NCBI GenBank assembly: GCA_022842645.1
Contig: JALHPE010000001.1
Span: forward strand, 135,711 to 199,710
Direction: 5' to 3'
DNA from: Minisyncoccota bacterium
GTDB lineage: Bacteria > Patescibacteriota > Minisyncoccia > Phycocordibacterales > UBA2100
DNA length: 64,000 nucleotides
A model generated the notes under the pieces. The model made no database searches, was not told where the DNA came from, and saw only the letters and a list, made by a program, of their open reading frames with translations. The translations under genes and the position numbers were made by a program. Shown here piece by piece: positions 63,632-64,000 of the stretch; positions within the stretch are counted from its first letter, which is position 1; each line of letters begins with the position of its first letter.

Positions 63632-64000
63632 TCATTTTATGCTTTTCTTTACGAACTCATGAACATTCGCAACCGAGATTCTAAGAATCTCGTGATATGC
63701 CTCGCGAGTGAAGAAGGCAATGTGCGGCATGAGAATGACACGCTTTGAACCTTGTACGAATTCTTTAATAAGAGCGTGCACAGTGCTGTTCTCGCCCCCC
63801 TCTCGCAACTCCCGCTCACCTTCCAGCACATCAAGTGCCGCACGAGAGACTTTTCCAGAGCGAAGCGCTTGCAGAAGTGCCTCGGTTTCAATTAACTCGC
63901 CACGCGCAGTGTTGACGATCACAACGCCCTGCTTCATCTTTGCGAAAGCGGCTGTGTTGAGGAGGTGATGTGTCTCGGGCGTGCCTGGCGCATGGAGCGT
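63632..64000 (-). CDS. D-isomer-specific 2-hydroxyacid dehydrogenase family protein (C-terminal part; N-terminus beyond window end)
   Basis: LHAPGTPETHHLLNTAAFAKMKQGVVIVNTARGELIETEALLQAL is the conserved catalytic/NAD-binding region of D-2-hydroxyacid dehydrogenases. Frame is open to position 64000. Confidence 0.7.
   Translation of the reverse strand, partial: TLHAPGTPETHHLLNTAAFAKMKQGVVIVNTARGELIETEALLQALRSGKVSRAALDVLEGERELREGGENSTVHALIKEFVQGSKRVILMPHIAFFTREAYHEILRISVANVHEFVKKSIK

Overview
The window is a GC-rich (~55-60%) bacterial chromosome segment; the gene content resembles an uncultured CPR/Patescibacteria-like organism, but that taxonomic call is inference only. Most genes are co-directional on the minus strand.

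(1) Left end, ~1-3218: a markedly AT-richer integrated element. It carries a RecA-fold replication ATPase (5'-partial), two small ORFs and a 536-aa large serine recombinase. The recombinase ORF runs into a minus-strand tRNA-Gln(CUG).

(2) A housekeeping block, all on the minus strand: pyrG, ftsX, ftsE, prfB, two tRNA-Thr genes, an HD-domain hydrolase and a TlpA-like thioredoxin. The second tRNA-Thr (anticodon GGU) is split by a compact ~183-nt sequence with group-I-intron hallmarks. prfB has no programmed frameshift.

(3) ~10.8-61.3 kb: a very large cell-surface island, almost entirely on the minus strand. It has three recognisable parts:
- Four paralogous membrane-anchored two-domain proteins with DUF916+DUF3324-like (CscA-like) architecture. 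Each sits next to a secreted protein ending in a WxL-like C-terminal motif; the 6336-aa giant protein is one of these.
- Seven genes carrying cohesin-like or dockerin-like modules (one carries both).
- A 2675-aa repeat protein, a MacB-type ABC ATPase/permease pair next to a secreted Fn3 protein, and the 6336-aa giant protein. The giant gene contains a ~2.3-kb tandem triplication, a duplicated Fn3+beta-propeller module, and a region of repeated His-Thr-His motifs.

(4) Right end: Hsp20, signal peptidase I, a VOC/glyoxalase, tRNA-Asp(GUC), tRNA-Met(CAU) and a 3'-partial D-2-hydroxyacid dehydrogenase.

The most interesting candidate system is a Csc-like (WxL/DUF916-DUF3324) surface complex combined with cohesin-dockerin modules in a non-Firmicute, non-cellulolytic genome. 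The intron-interrupted tRNA-Thr is the second point of interest. All domain calls are from reading the sequence and remembered family motifs; no database search was run.
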